From: Octopus bimaculoides
Lineage: Eukaryota
Length of the DNA stretch: 64,000 nt
Assembly (NCBI RefSeq): GCF_001194135.2
Contig: NC_068989.1
Span: 61,386,638-61,450,637, forward strand
Direction: 5' to 3'
Shown piece after piece: positions 1-12,537 of the stretch. Position numbers and translations under genes: made by a program. Under the pieces are notes generated by a model. That model made no database searches, was not told the origin of the DNA, and saw nothing but the letters and a program-made list of their open reading frames with translations. Position 1 is the first letter of the stretch; every line of letters starts with the position of its first letter.

Positions 1-2377
1 AGAGAAGATAAACGAATATTAAGTATTCGTCTGAATAACTCAGCAGTAGGCGTTTAGAGCTCCACATCTTCAATTTACATCAAATTTAATGTGAACCTAT
101 TCAACTTGACTTATTTTGATATGAAAAAACAAAAAACAAATGGGCAATCGACGACAGCATCTGTTTATAGTGACTTTTATTACTAACATCTTTTCTGCAT
201 ACCGAGATCAAATACTGCTGAGAATGACATTGCCTTTCTTCTGTCAAGGACATGTGTCGTTCTAAGAGAACATCAATAGATATGCAGAGCAGTTTATGCA
301 AAAGTTTTCAAACTAGAGTAACACAAGTTATAGTGTAGAATATGATGAATACTCTATATTAGTTTCAAACACACACCTACCACAGAAATTGTAACTATCT
401 CATATTTTGCCAATTATTATTCTTGTACTAATAGGAAACTTGCATGATACATAAGTTATTCCGAACTGAAAAAATCAAATTCTATCTACCTTCATCACCA
501 GTTTCGATATTCTAAACAAAATTGAACGTTCTTGTTTCCATATCAGTAATGTATATCGCCTTTGTATTTTTCCTTATATTCATAAATCAACGCATATATG
601 CAAAATATATTTTTTCCCAACCAATGCATAGCAGTGTTTTATATGTTACCATTTCAGAGGTAAGTACGTAGATAATCTAACGCACTTCATAAAATAACTA
701 TGTTATTTTGTCTGTTGAATACCTGCCAGCATCCATTCAATTATGGTTATCACAAAACGTAAACAAAATCTAAGAAATAAGAGAGCATTTATATTATCTC
801 GAATATGTTCCCAAAGAACAACATTAAACTTCTTGGAATGTTTTTCTCTGATGTCATACTTAATGCATGTAAACATCACTATTTTTTTATTTTCTTCTCC
901 TTCGATTTGGGTGCTGGCAAACCCAAATAGAGCCAGTGCGCATACAGTTTCGCCTTAGATGCTAACAAAGTATGAGAGAAGTAATTTTTTTTACTAATAA
1001 CTTCTCAGAAGGTCGATGTTAAAAACGGTAATTGCAGTAGGAAGACATTTTGCATGCCAAAATAAATGCCTCCAACGGTTTCCAGGAGAGGAATTCTGCC
1101 AGAAGTATTATTTGATGCCAGAGTCTTTACTTACTCAAAATATAACACATATATTACGAAAATTGTAAATTTCGAAAGTAAGATGCACCAGACATTGCGA
1201 AAGACGTATAAATCTTCTTTTAAATTACACGACATTATTTTCACTAATAGCAATTTTCAATAGTGACAAATTAAACAAATTGAGAAAACTTTCAAGGAAA
1301 TACTTGCACGTAAACCAATTTGTGACAGCGAAAGAGATACTACGTTAATTGTAAGCGCGTAACCTAAACATATTTGTGTATGTCTAGAAATTCAATGTTA
1401 TTACACCTTATATCGTTATTATCAGTTGCAAATATTTAACTTTCGGTCAACGCTTTTCGAGGTGACATGCGATCTAAAACATTGCATCAATGATCATCAT
1501 GTTGCATTGTATTACTCCATAATCCTACATTTTTCAAGAGAACTGGTGCTTCTCACAACTGTTAGGCAGTTATTATTGGAAAATAAACAACACCGTTGGA
1601 GCTTAACTCAAACTGTCAATTGAGGAACAAAAATTACCTGTTTCACGAAAAATTAAAATTAACGTAACTGCCAGTACACTGCAGCAGCTGTTGCTACCAC
1701 TTCTGCTTTCGATAATGCTACTACTATCACAACTTCTTCTGTTGCTGTTGATTTTGTTACTCCTACGACTACACCTCCTGCCACTTTAGCTGTGTCTGCT
1801 TATCCACGTACCATCCTTCTTCTACTCCTCCAGCTACTACAATTCCAACCTCTGTGGCTGCTATCCCATCAACGTATCACTATCACTTTGCTATAGCTCA
1901 TCTTCGTTGATTCTGGTACAGACGGAGTTAAAACATATGGCAAGTCTTGGAAATATTTCATGTTCTCTCGTGACGATCTCATTCCCATAAAATAGCAAAT
2001 ATTTCTTTTACAAGATTAGATATCCACTCCGGTTACACAAAATGCATCAATTACAAGCGTTGTTTATTTTATTTACATAAAGCTAAAATGAATTCGTACA
2101 AACCAGTCTGGTACATCGCTTTTATCTGCCGACTGAAATAATTTTGCATATTTTGCATATTTTGCACGGAGAAAATGCATCAATATAAAAATTCGCTTCT
2201 CCCCTTACATACGTGTGTGTGTGTCTGTGTGCATGTGTGAGTGCGTGTGTGTGTATACATAAATACAGATAGGCATGCATACATACATATATTCGTACAT
2301 GCATACATAGATACATACGTATATATACAGATATAAATATATATTACGTATGTATATATATACATGTGTGTATATAT

Positions 2378-2381
<4 letters not shown>

Positions 2382-2428
<47 letters not shown>
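2382..2428. repeat. (TA)n microsatellite
   Basis: Perfect TA run seen directly, inside a larger TG/TA low-complexity tract (~2210-2430). Confidence 0.95.
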
Positions 2429-2431
<3 letters not shown>

Positions 2432-3340
2432 CCATTACGCGGAGTTAGACAAGTAACAATTAGACCTATATTTATACATACATACATGCATATTGGTCAG
2501 CCATTTTCCTGTTTTAGAGATGCTTTTCTTTTTCTCGGATGATATATTTTGATCATATATGCTACAAAGAAAACCTCATTTGTCTGAATCCCAACAAGAA
2601 GAGCACGCTATGAATTACATAATATTTACATACAGTTTCTTTCTAGCATACCTGAGCTACGAATATTCAAGAAGTGCAATATTTTGCACGTAAATTACCG
2701 GAGTAAGTGGTTCATACGGGTGTAGACTATAAATACTAGAAATGGTAACGATGAACAGTACTCTGTCACTTAATTTGGAGTTAATAGACTCATTAGGCGA
2801 AAGCAGCAAGATGAAGTAGCGATGTAAAAAGAAAATACAGAATATAGTATATGTGTGGGACACTAGCTGAGGTCGAATTATGTTGGTAACTAAATGGTTA
2901 CCTAAAAAGCAGTTAAACGTGTCACCATTGAAGACGGGTTGTCATTGCACAGAACACAGGCTATGATACCAGCGATGTGTGGGCAGTACTTTAAAATTTG
3001 TCTGTATTAAAATTTAAACAAAATTTGCGCGCGCGCACACACACACACATACACACGCACACACACATCCAAGCAATTGATACACATGCAGCTAATACAC
3101 AGCTTACACGTACACCCACATATTCGCGCACCCAGTAAATCATACACAGTGCGCACACGCACCTGTATGTTCACAGACCTTAGCAAACAGGATCGTACAC
3201 GTAAACGAACTGATGGCATCAGCTCTGTCCCACCCACCAGCTTACTCACACGAACAGCCCCAACACACACGTGCGCTGAGCGGATACACACACTGAGGCA
3301 TCTGACAACCATATCTACGCACTCACGCAGTTGTTATATA

Positions 3341-3437
3341 TAATAATAATGATAATAATAATAATAATAATAATAATGATAATAATAATAATAATGATAA
3401 TGATAATAATAATGATGATAATGATAATGATAATAAT
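3341..3437. repeat. (AAT)n/(GAT)n microsatellite
   Basis: Seen directly. Confidence 0.95.
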
Positions 3438-3507
3438 ATATTTTAATAATAATCTATAGTAAAACATACTTTATGCACAATTTTATAGACTTAAGACATA
3501 GCTAAAG

Positions 3508-4495
3508 AAAACGGGACCGCAACTGGCCGCCGTGGGAATGGTTGCCAAGTATTGGTGGTCGACCGTATTGAAGGCTTTAGATTGATGCAAATTGATCAGG
3601 GCCCTACATGTTCCACCTTATGTACCTACCCTGTCTATGATATATTGCATGAGATGAAGGCTGTCATAGATGGATATGTTTGGGATAGCGCATGTTTGCG
3701 CAATCAGCAATCGACAACAAGCGCCAACCCTCTTGCTAACACCTGATCAAAGTTTTGAAATTTGTGTTCATAGGCGTAAAATTTTCTATTTGACACCCGC
3801 CCCGTACTTGTTTGGGTCATTTCCTAGTAATGCCGCCTCAACATCTACGTGAAGCTTTGTGCCAACTGCTAAGGTTATGAAGCCCCATATCGCCTCAACA
3901 CTTCTTGATCAGCCATTATTAACAATTGCATGCCCTGTCCTAATCAGTTCTGCTTCTGTATTTTCTGTATGTGCAGAATACTACATTTTCTTAGATACTT
4001 ATACACCGAAGAGAAATCCTGCCACCAACCAGCAGATGTTGATTTATAGTTGTATATTTAATATTCTTACTTTGAATAACCTTTGACCTAGGTAAACTAG
4101 GTGAGGAGGATTTCTTCAATCGTTTGGGTGGTTGTTGTAGGCTTTTGGACCTCTTCATCTCAGGCGAATCTCACTTCAACAGTTTCATATTTTCTGTTCC
4201 TAGCTTTTGCTCTTGTTTTGCTCTTGCAGAATGGTCGCAGTAATTTTTTATATCTGCTTGCTTGTGTGTTGCCTGCTCTGTTTCCTGTTCTACCAGATTT
4301 GTATAGAATTGTCCGCAAATTAGTTTCTCGCTAGACAGATCAAGGAACATCCAGTGCCATATTTCACCCATATTACTCCAACATACATTTTGCGCATTTG
4401 ACTTCATTTTCAGTTGTGAAAATTTCTTGACTTATTTGGGGCGCAGCGTCGGCGAAACTGCTACCAGCATTTTCCAATGACACCTTTCTCTTGTT
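3508..4495 (-). mobile_element. L1/Tx1-clade non-LTR retrotransposon ORF2 (RT) remnant, frameshifted
   Basis: Minus-strand translation gives QVLARGLALVV and AQTCAIPNISIYDSLHLMQYIIDRV*..ALINLHQSKAFNTVDHQYLA..CGPVF. This matches the L1/Tx1 RT motifs (QxxxxxGRxIxDN; xDxxKAFDxVDH). Stops and frameshifts are present. Confidence 0.8.
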
Positions 4496-5949
4496 CATGT
4501 ATTTTTTTTCTTTTTTACGTTAATGATGTTTGTGATGGTGGTGGGTTTCCTATTGCTCCTGGCCATGGTGGTAGATGTGGTAGTGTTCTCGCTAGTGTTG
4601 TTGCTCTTTGTTGTAATAAATATTGTAGTGGAATATATAGTTAGTACAATGTGTTGGCGTGGCTCCATGTATGTTATTGCAAATGTTTATAAAAAGATGG
4701 AAGAATAAATTCAAGATCTATATATTTACTACATAAAAATATTTTTTATTTCTTTTATCGATGATAATACATGGAATTACATTGTAGAAGCTTCTTGAAT
4801 GAAGTAATCTATGCAAGAAATTTCAGAGATAGAAAATGTAGAATAACAGCTAAGTGGTGGTGTAGACAAATAGACGGATATAAAAACGATGTGGATGGCT
4901 CTAAGTCTAATCGACCAAGGAGCAAAAAGATGGGTTAGCAATCTATTTTTATTAATGGAACGCAAGGCGTTCTAGAAACTCCCAAGAGAAACGCTTTCTT
5001 CTTGATTAATTAAGAATCACGTCTCATTACATTGATGCTTCTAGAAAGCTTAGAAAAGGAAAGATTACTCTATGATCTTTCTTACAAAGGATATTATTCA
5101 ACTATTTAGCTGCCTACACAACTACAATGTCTTTTGTTTTGATGGGGGCACTGAAATGTATAGCAGCGGCAAGTTACTTCATACATTGCTGTGTTGTGAC
5201 TGTTACTGTGCTTGATGTTGTTACTGCTGCTGCTGCCACTGACTTTTACAATTTCGATGTTGCTCTGCAAATAACTGGCTGTCCTTTTCGGTGAAAAAGG
5301 AGTGCTGGTTAGCCATCTTTCTTATGTAAATGAAAATTGTCGGGTGTGTATGTTACATGTAGCCCTTAAGGGCTACATATGAAGGATACCCTAACCTGCT
5401 CTCTAAGGTCTAGGTTAGTTCATCTGAGTAACAATACGAAATGTACTATATATAGCACCGTGTATCAATATAAATAACAACAAACTTACTTGAGCGACAT
5501 GAAGTGTCTGTCAATAGATGAACCACAATAATAACATTTTTTTTTTATTAACCACTAAGGGTTCGGTACAGCACAATACATTGTTAAGGTATTATAAAAG
5601 GCGTGTAAATATAAAAAAAAACAATCACAATATAAAATTATAGCAATGAATAATTCCCCAAAACACTGAGGCGTCCTAGATTTGCTCGTAGGGACAACAC
5701 AATATCACAGGGAATCTGACATCTAGTGTAAGTGTCAAATCCACATCCTTCAACATTTAGAAGTATGGTAAGTGTAGAACCGTTCATTGAGAACGTTTTC
5801 GCAACATTTTCGCAACCAGCTTTTAACATAATTGCTGGGAGGCAGCACTTCCCTCTCTTCCATCACCCTCCTTTTCAAGTTGACAAGGGCTTAACCTAAG
5901 AAGAACGTATCTGTCATCTGCCATTTCAATTTGTTCTGCAACACAACCT

Positions 5950-6500
5950 TTGTCACTAAGGCCTCCAGGAAAATAAACACTGCCTGCACTTCCCGACCAA
6001 AAGAACGCAGCATGACGATTTTCTTAATCGCGGCCAAAGGAAGGGGACATGGCGATCTTCAGTATCCCGGTCAAAGGAAGACGACGTGGCGATATTCATA
6101 ATCCTATAATCCCGGTCAAAGGGAACCGGCGTGGTGATCCTCATAATGTACTCAGCCGATAACCGGATCCGCCTTACACGTGACAGGAGTTCGACGTAAA
6201 CGAGAGGCGTAGAATAGTCTCGTCGCTCTCCGCTCATTTCGGTCAAGCTGAGCTGCCAGCACTTCCATGCCTGTAGATCGTAACACGAACCGGCAATGCT
6301 CCCCCACACCGGTAGCACTGCCAGGCCAAGATTTACTGCAAGTTATTCATAGATCCCGGTCCGAAAATCCTTCTGAACCGACTCGCCGGTTGATTCTTGT
6401 CGATGCCCAGAGAGGACGTTGCATTGCCCTATCACCGTCTACACTTGATCCACGGCTGCAGCTCTGTAAAACACGATCTGCGGAAGAACGTGTCTAGCAA
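5950..6500. repeat. GC-rich unclassified, probably TE-derived segment with three internal ~37-45 bp tandem units
   Basis: Sharp rise in GC and CpG. Units starting CGG(C/T)CAAAGG lie at 6031, 6068 and 6113. No recognisable protein motif. Confidence 0.4.
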
Positions 6501-8201
6501 ACGTATTTTGTTTATCTTCAGATAATATCTGTTTTGTTTTTTTTAATGAAAATACACAGAAGTCAGAACATGCAACATGTTGAATGATGAAAGAAAAATA
6601 GCAATAACAAATTAAAGATACCGGTTTATGTCCTTATGCCAAATTTTGTTAGACCCCAGTCTGATGAAATATGATTTACTTGGCATATATTTGCACTGAT
6701 TTAAATATTCTTTTTCCATCGTTATCTTTCTTAAAGGCTAGTTCGGCAGTTGCATTTTCAATTATACAATGCAATTGTCTTAAAGGCTTAAAAAAGTTAT
6801 GCAAAGACATATCAATGCGTGTATCCGTTTGATATATAATATTTGCATTCGAAATTTGTGAACTAACATATTTGCTGAAATGTTATGTTCTATGAAAAGT
6901 CTTTATCCAAAAGTCTGCACTCACATACATATCTTGGAGATATACAAAGGAGCATAATTTGATATGTATGTTGATATTTTATTACTGTATTTCTAAATGA
7001 CTAAGCAACATCAATATTCTCATGTTACATAATAACATTCTTTGATCATTTGTTAGATCAAAGGAATGAAGTACGCTTTTGTAATAGTATACTTTCATCA
7101 TTAGCAATATTCATTCTAATGCTACTTGAGACAAATAGAAATGACGTTTGAAATATGTGTGCTTTTCACTTTGTAATATATCTTCACTATCTACCACTAT
7201 GAAACCACTTTGATAATCTTCCATGCAATTTTCTCGCACACATCAACATAATGTACAACTTTCAAAAAAGAAAATGTTTTTTTCATCGGTAATTGGAATG
7301 TAATGGGATATATTTTATAATACTTTTGTAGAATGCAGATAATGCCTTTACGTTATGCATTTACGAATTTACACTTGTTTTTGCCACTGGACTGGACAGC
7401 CATCAAATGCAATGAAGTGATCATCCTAGGTCTCAGGAAACAAAACATTATTTTCAGTCCGTTCTCACTAAACAGGTCAGATGCAACTTACGTCAGTAAG
7501 GTTACTCACCAACAGCAGATTCCACACGATTTTCTAACAGAATGATCGAAGAAAACGTTTCTGACGTTGTCATTGGAACTCTGCACATTTCATCTGGCAA
7601 TTCTGCTTATTTCATCAGACACCCCATTAACAATTTACTTTGCAGGACCAATTTCGATAAAAGTATTTATCTTGATCTATTCAATATTTCGATGTTGGCT
7701 AGAGATAGTTATTAATGCCATAATGAATTGCAGCTTTTTGAAGTAACTGTACTTCATAAACACAGCCTCTTGCGCAAATGGGATATTACAACGTGTCAAC
7801 CAAAATTATCCTTTCACAATAAAGATCCCGGTTAGTGACATAACAGCAAGCAAGTCAGCTTGCGATAGCATAAGTGATTAAAATGTATTCCACCAACTTG
7901 AAGATTTCCTTCGTAAAGGTAAGGGCCCGTAAGTCACATATAGTTTTACAGCGCTGCGAGATCGGTCACACAGCAGCTACACTATTACACCCAAATATTG
8001 TTAATGAATAATCTTTGACAATATGTTGGGTGAAAATTCCATTCTTAACAGGACATGTGTATCACCCGTCTGTTGTCTTGTAATAAGCCGTCATAATTTT
8101 GTATTCGTTAAGTGCTTAAGCTGCCAGTAACCCGGCTTTGATGCATATCCTAGATGACATAGTAACAATACCCTTCACTTAAAACTTTCTCGTGTACATG
8201 T

Positions 8202-8203
<2 letters not shown>

Positions 8204-8253
<50 letters not shown>

Positions 8254-8392
8254 TAATACACATAGTTATATATATATATGTATATACACATTTTGTATAA
8301 ATATATTTGTATATATATGTGTATATATATATATGTATGTATATATGACTGCATGTACATATAACGCATATGTACACAAATATATAGTCAGA

Positions 8393-8433
<41 letters not shown>
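8204..8433. repeat. Compound (CA)n / (TA)n microsatellite tract
   Basis: Seen directly. Confidence 0.9.
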
Positions 8434-8436
<3 letters not shown>

Positions 8437-11400
8437 TACATCAAAAACTGGTTATCTTTTCACAAAGCAATTTTCTCTTTTATGTTTTATTTTACATAAA
8501 TCGTTAAGTGACGCTATTCGATGGTGCAATATTATTTTAAATTGCAATCGACGATTAGCTTAATTAGAAAATGCCACATATTTTGTACCTCAAACGTTTC
8601 TGATACACATTTATCTAAGTTAAATCATATTTTAATATTACTTTGAGTCTCACGTGTTAGCAAACCTAACATTGTAATTGAGCGTTTCAAAATACAATAA
8701 AGCGATAGAAAACCAAATAATGCTTCTACATTTGAAAGTAATCGATTAATCAGGTGTGTGTGTCTATGTTATCGTCTTTGTTTGATACTTATATACGCTT
8801 GGGCGTCTTTATATAATTTTGTGAAACATTTTATTTCCGTAAAGTATCTTCGTTTCTGTGAGTGTGTGTGTTGTAAATTGATGTTGTTCGGTATAATGTT
8901 TCTATGTACATCTATCTATGTACATCTATCTCTGCTAGCGTGTTATGCAATTTAAGTGGTTTTCTTCAATATAGGGAGGTTGGTAATATCAAGTGTTATA
9001 GTTTCTGTATAAGACTGTAACGTGTCCCTAGGATGGTACGTCACTATACTTTTATTGCGCCTTAGAACAATTGAGATGTTTTCCATGCTTTTGGTAGGAG
9101 TGATTGTAGCAGTTGTGAGTGGTCATAATTTCAGGCGTTCTGTGATATTTAGCCTGTGGATATGCGTGTCTTTCAATGTTGTGCTTCTTTAAATGTCTAT
9201 ATAAATGTTGGGTCTATGAAATGCTTCACATCGAGACGGCCTTCTAAAGTAAGTGTTGAGAAACGTTTAATGAGAGATAAGCCGGGGATATTAGTGTATT
9301 TAACATCGTCATTGTAACAAGGTATGCGATTTGGTCATGTTTGCTGCCTCTTCATTAGCCTTCTAATTACAAAGTATAAGATTTTATTTGTTATATACGG
9401 CTGGATTAAAGTTTTCCGCAAGTTCTTGTTCCTTACGTATATTTTTCTTGATATTTCCTCGCTCAGTTGTTTAATTATTTATGTCGTGCATGATGTCGGT
9501 GTATTGTGTTCTAAGTTTCTCCCTGGTTTTTAAGTGCGAGTTATATCTAATGTCTAAATAGCGTTGTGTTGTATTTTATGGTTTGTTTGGTTGGATATAT
9601 TTCAACTTTCTGGACTATGTCCTGAAAGGTCGATTATGCTATATTGAATTCTTGGAAAAATAGAAATACTTTCGCTTGCTTGAATTGGTTAACATTACTG
9701 GAAAATTTTCAAATTTCGTTACGTATTTTCATGTGGAAAATGTGTGTGGGTGTTCTCAATCATAATGATTTCCAGGGAAAATGATTGGTTGCTCACCAAG
9801 ACATATCTTCCATGTATTCGTTGAGTAACAGAGTTCTTGACTACTTTAGTGGTTATTTGAATAGCATGAAAACATTTAGCAATCTTAAAGAGAATTGGGA
9901 GTGTATTCATTGCAAATTGTCTTCCACTTGGAAATTAGTTCACGTAAAACATTGCAATCTACAAAGTACATGGTGGATCTGGATTACGGTAACTTGACAA
10001 TGATGCATTTCTTAAAGATCTTAAATATGTAAGTGTAAAACAGTTTTAAATTGAAAATCACTAAACGATAAATATGCCTACCTGAACACAAATAAATACT
10101 CGTGTTAAATATATTTTTAAAAATCTAGGGTACGTTTTCATTTAAATCATTATTGCATACAATAGGAACAAATCGAGGCGATAAGTGTTCACAGTTGTCA
10201 TTTATGTATAGACAGCCATGTAATGGAATCTAGGGAATTTTCTATCAATTAAGAATGTTATCTACAGCGATTAGTATTGGAAAGTACGTCACGATATTAT
10301 TTCAACTAGAAGTGGGAGATAATTGAAAGGGTGTATTTTGAATGCTTTGTGAATACTCACAGGGAATCGACTATAATGTATCAAATAAAAGAAAGAACTG
10401 TTTTTAGCAACATGTAACTCGTCTTTGTGAGCATTTCTAAGAAAACCGATAAATTAAAAATAAGGTGAAATTTATCTCTTTCAAGAATGAGTTTTTATTA
10501 TGTAACTATGAATGTTTTATTATTGTTTAATAGTTCTGTGTGTTTCTTGTGTCTATTTAATCAACTTCCACAACCCAAAACTGTTGCTAAAAGGAAATAA
10601 ATCCAATTTGATAGTAATAAAAACTACATTAACATGAAGAATACGGTGTTTAGTTCAAATTAAATGCCCTCGTACAGGAGAAAGAATAATAGTTTATTTT
10701 GTACCTGACTGATGTAGAAATGCAATTTATTTCAACTTGAGATTTTAGAGATTTGTTTTATTATTTTTATTTCATTGCAATTCAAGGGCCTATTGTACTA
10801 TTTCGAGTATATGAGTATGTTTAATCATTACACACCGTACAATAGGAAACTCATTTGCTATGAAGTTTCATTAAAAAGAAGAAACATTAAATAAATGACA
10901 TGACTGTGACACATATAGAACATTAGTGATTATTTGCTTTTCTTTACATAAAAACAAGCAAGAAACATTTGAGTGAGCCTCAAAGCAAAAGATAAGCGCT
11001 CAGTAAAAATAAACATTTTGCGGTTTCAAATTTCCTAGCTGATTCCTGTCAATTACTTAATAGAAGCCGTTAAATGTATAATCTCCACAGGACAGTTCTT
11101 GAATTCGCTTATCACAGTCCATTCTTTATGAGCATGAAAATATTGCCATCACACACACGCAATTACACCAACACGCACACATACATAAACACACAAACGC
11201 ATACATAATGTTGAGAAGTAAAACACGAAATATTATCCAGTAGTCTTATTTTGTTAAAGTGCTTTCACTGTACTACCGAGCACAGCACTGTGTGCCCTGG
11301 GTAAGTACTGTCGTTTGTGTTGGTGCTCTTATTTTTACTATAATTGAAAGTGCTTTACGTTGCGCAGAGCCTAGTAGTGCTATTTTCTGTGTTATTATTA

Positions 11401-11879
11401 TTTTCATATACAGTCAACAGGTTACACTATTCGAAAACAAAAGAATCTTAACATCGGGTTATAGTAAGTAACCTTAGATGCTAAGTACACACCTATTGGA
11501 TGACAGCAAGTAGCCTTAGGTGCCAAAAACCCGCCTAAGTATCTTAGCTGTCCCTAATAACAATATTTTCTCCTGCTGTACGAAACTGGATTTTATTTTA
11601 TTTCCCCTATCCATCCTCCACTTTCGAATGTATACTTTAATGTCACTTTCCGCTGTAATTGTGTTAGGATTATCATACGAATAACAAACGGCAATGGTGA
11701 TAGGGTATCTACTTGAAATACGCCTGTCTTGATACTAACCCATGACAAAAATTTTCCATGTTAAGTTAACTATGTATTCTAGTTCTTCATTGATTTCCTA
11801 ATAACCTAATAAAATTTGTTATGTTACCGACTCAAGACTTGTACCGACTCAAGACTTTGTAAACTTCATGAATGTATAA

Positions 11880-12270
11880 CCATGTCATACGCTTCCTTAC
11901 AATTGATCCATGACATGCTCAGGTTTCTTGCAGTCGTTCAGTACCAATCTCTCTATCAGAAGTTGGTCTTTTGTCAAGGGGCTTTTCCTTCTGCATATCT
12001 TTTGTGCCACTGGCAGTTTGTCAATCATTTCCAGGATGTTATGCATATAATTAGATATTCCTGTTATCAGCTTCCACATCAGGGGAAGGCAGGTGACAAG
12101 CCAGCAATATTCCATAGCTTTGCATTTACCTGAATCTTTTTGACAAAGAATTGTTTTACCTGTGGTCAGCCACTTTGGGGTTTGCGCCACGTTGTTGATG
12201 ATTTTATCTTCTGTTTGTTTTGTATTTGTACAAGTTGATTCCAAGTCTCACACAAAGACCTCAAGAAACA
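11880..12270 (-). mobile_element. R4/Dong-type non-LTR retrotransposon RT fragment
   Basis: ORF 11897-12244 contains KWLTTGKTILCQKD..LVTCLPLMWKLITGI..LPVAQKICRRKSPLTKDQLLI. This matches the R4/Dong RT motifs WLTTGRTxL, ITCLPxMWK and EQKGCRxxSxGTKDQLLID. Confidence 0.85.
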
Positions 12271-12475
12271 TGTTATAGAAGTTGAAGTTAGTATTATGAA
12301 AAGAGTGTCAGACTTTTGGTTTGCACAGAGTATTATTCTAGAAAATGTCTGTCAAAACATAAGAAAATTAGAAGTTTGTTTTAAAAGAAATTTCGTTATA
12401 AGATGATAGTGTGATATTAAGGTGACAGTAACAGATGTTTGCTATTATGTACATTTAAAAGTACTTTTGATAATG

Positions 12476-12477
<2 letters not shown>

Positions 12478-12537
<60 letters not shown>
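12478..12537. repeat. (ATT)n microsatellite
   Basis: Seen directly. Confidence 0.95.

Noticed and set aside
1671-1990. Thr/Ala/Ser-rich open frame resembling a mucin exon
   Set aside because: No ATG or convincing splice sites. It looks like a decayed (ACT/GCT)n trinucleotide tract.
5487-5520. Candidate minus-strand micro-exons (TTGACAG|18 nt|GTAAGT here; similar 10-nt at ~10355-10375 and 5-nt at ~39485-39500)
   Set aside because: GTRAGT near an AG is expected many times by chance in 64 kb of AT-rich DNA. There is no linking reading frame. RNA-seq would be needed.
7400-8140. Non-repetitive, slightly GC-richer block with splice-like motifs
   Set aside because: All frames I tried contain stops and none gave a recognisable protein. 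It could be a conserved non-coding element, but that needs a cross-species alignment.
8960-9710. Purine-rich minus-strand stretch resembling a Penelope or other retroelement ORF remnant
   Set aside because: No diagnostic motif could be read, so the family is unsupported.
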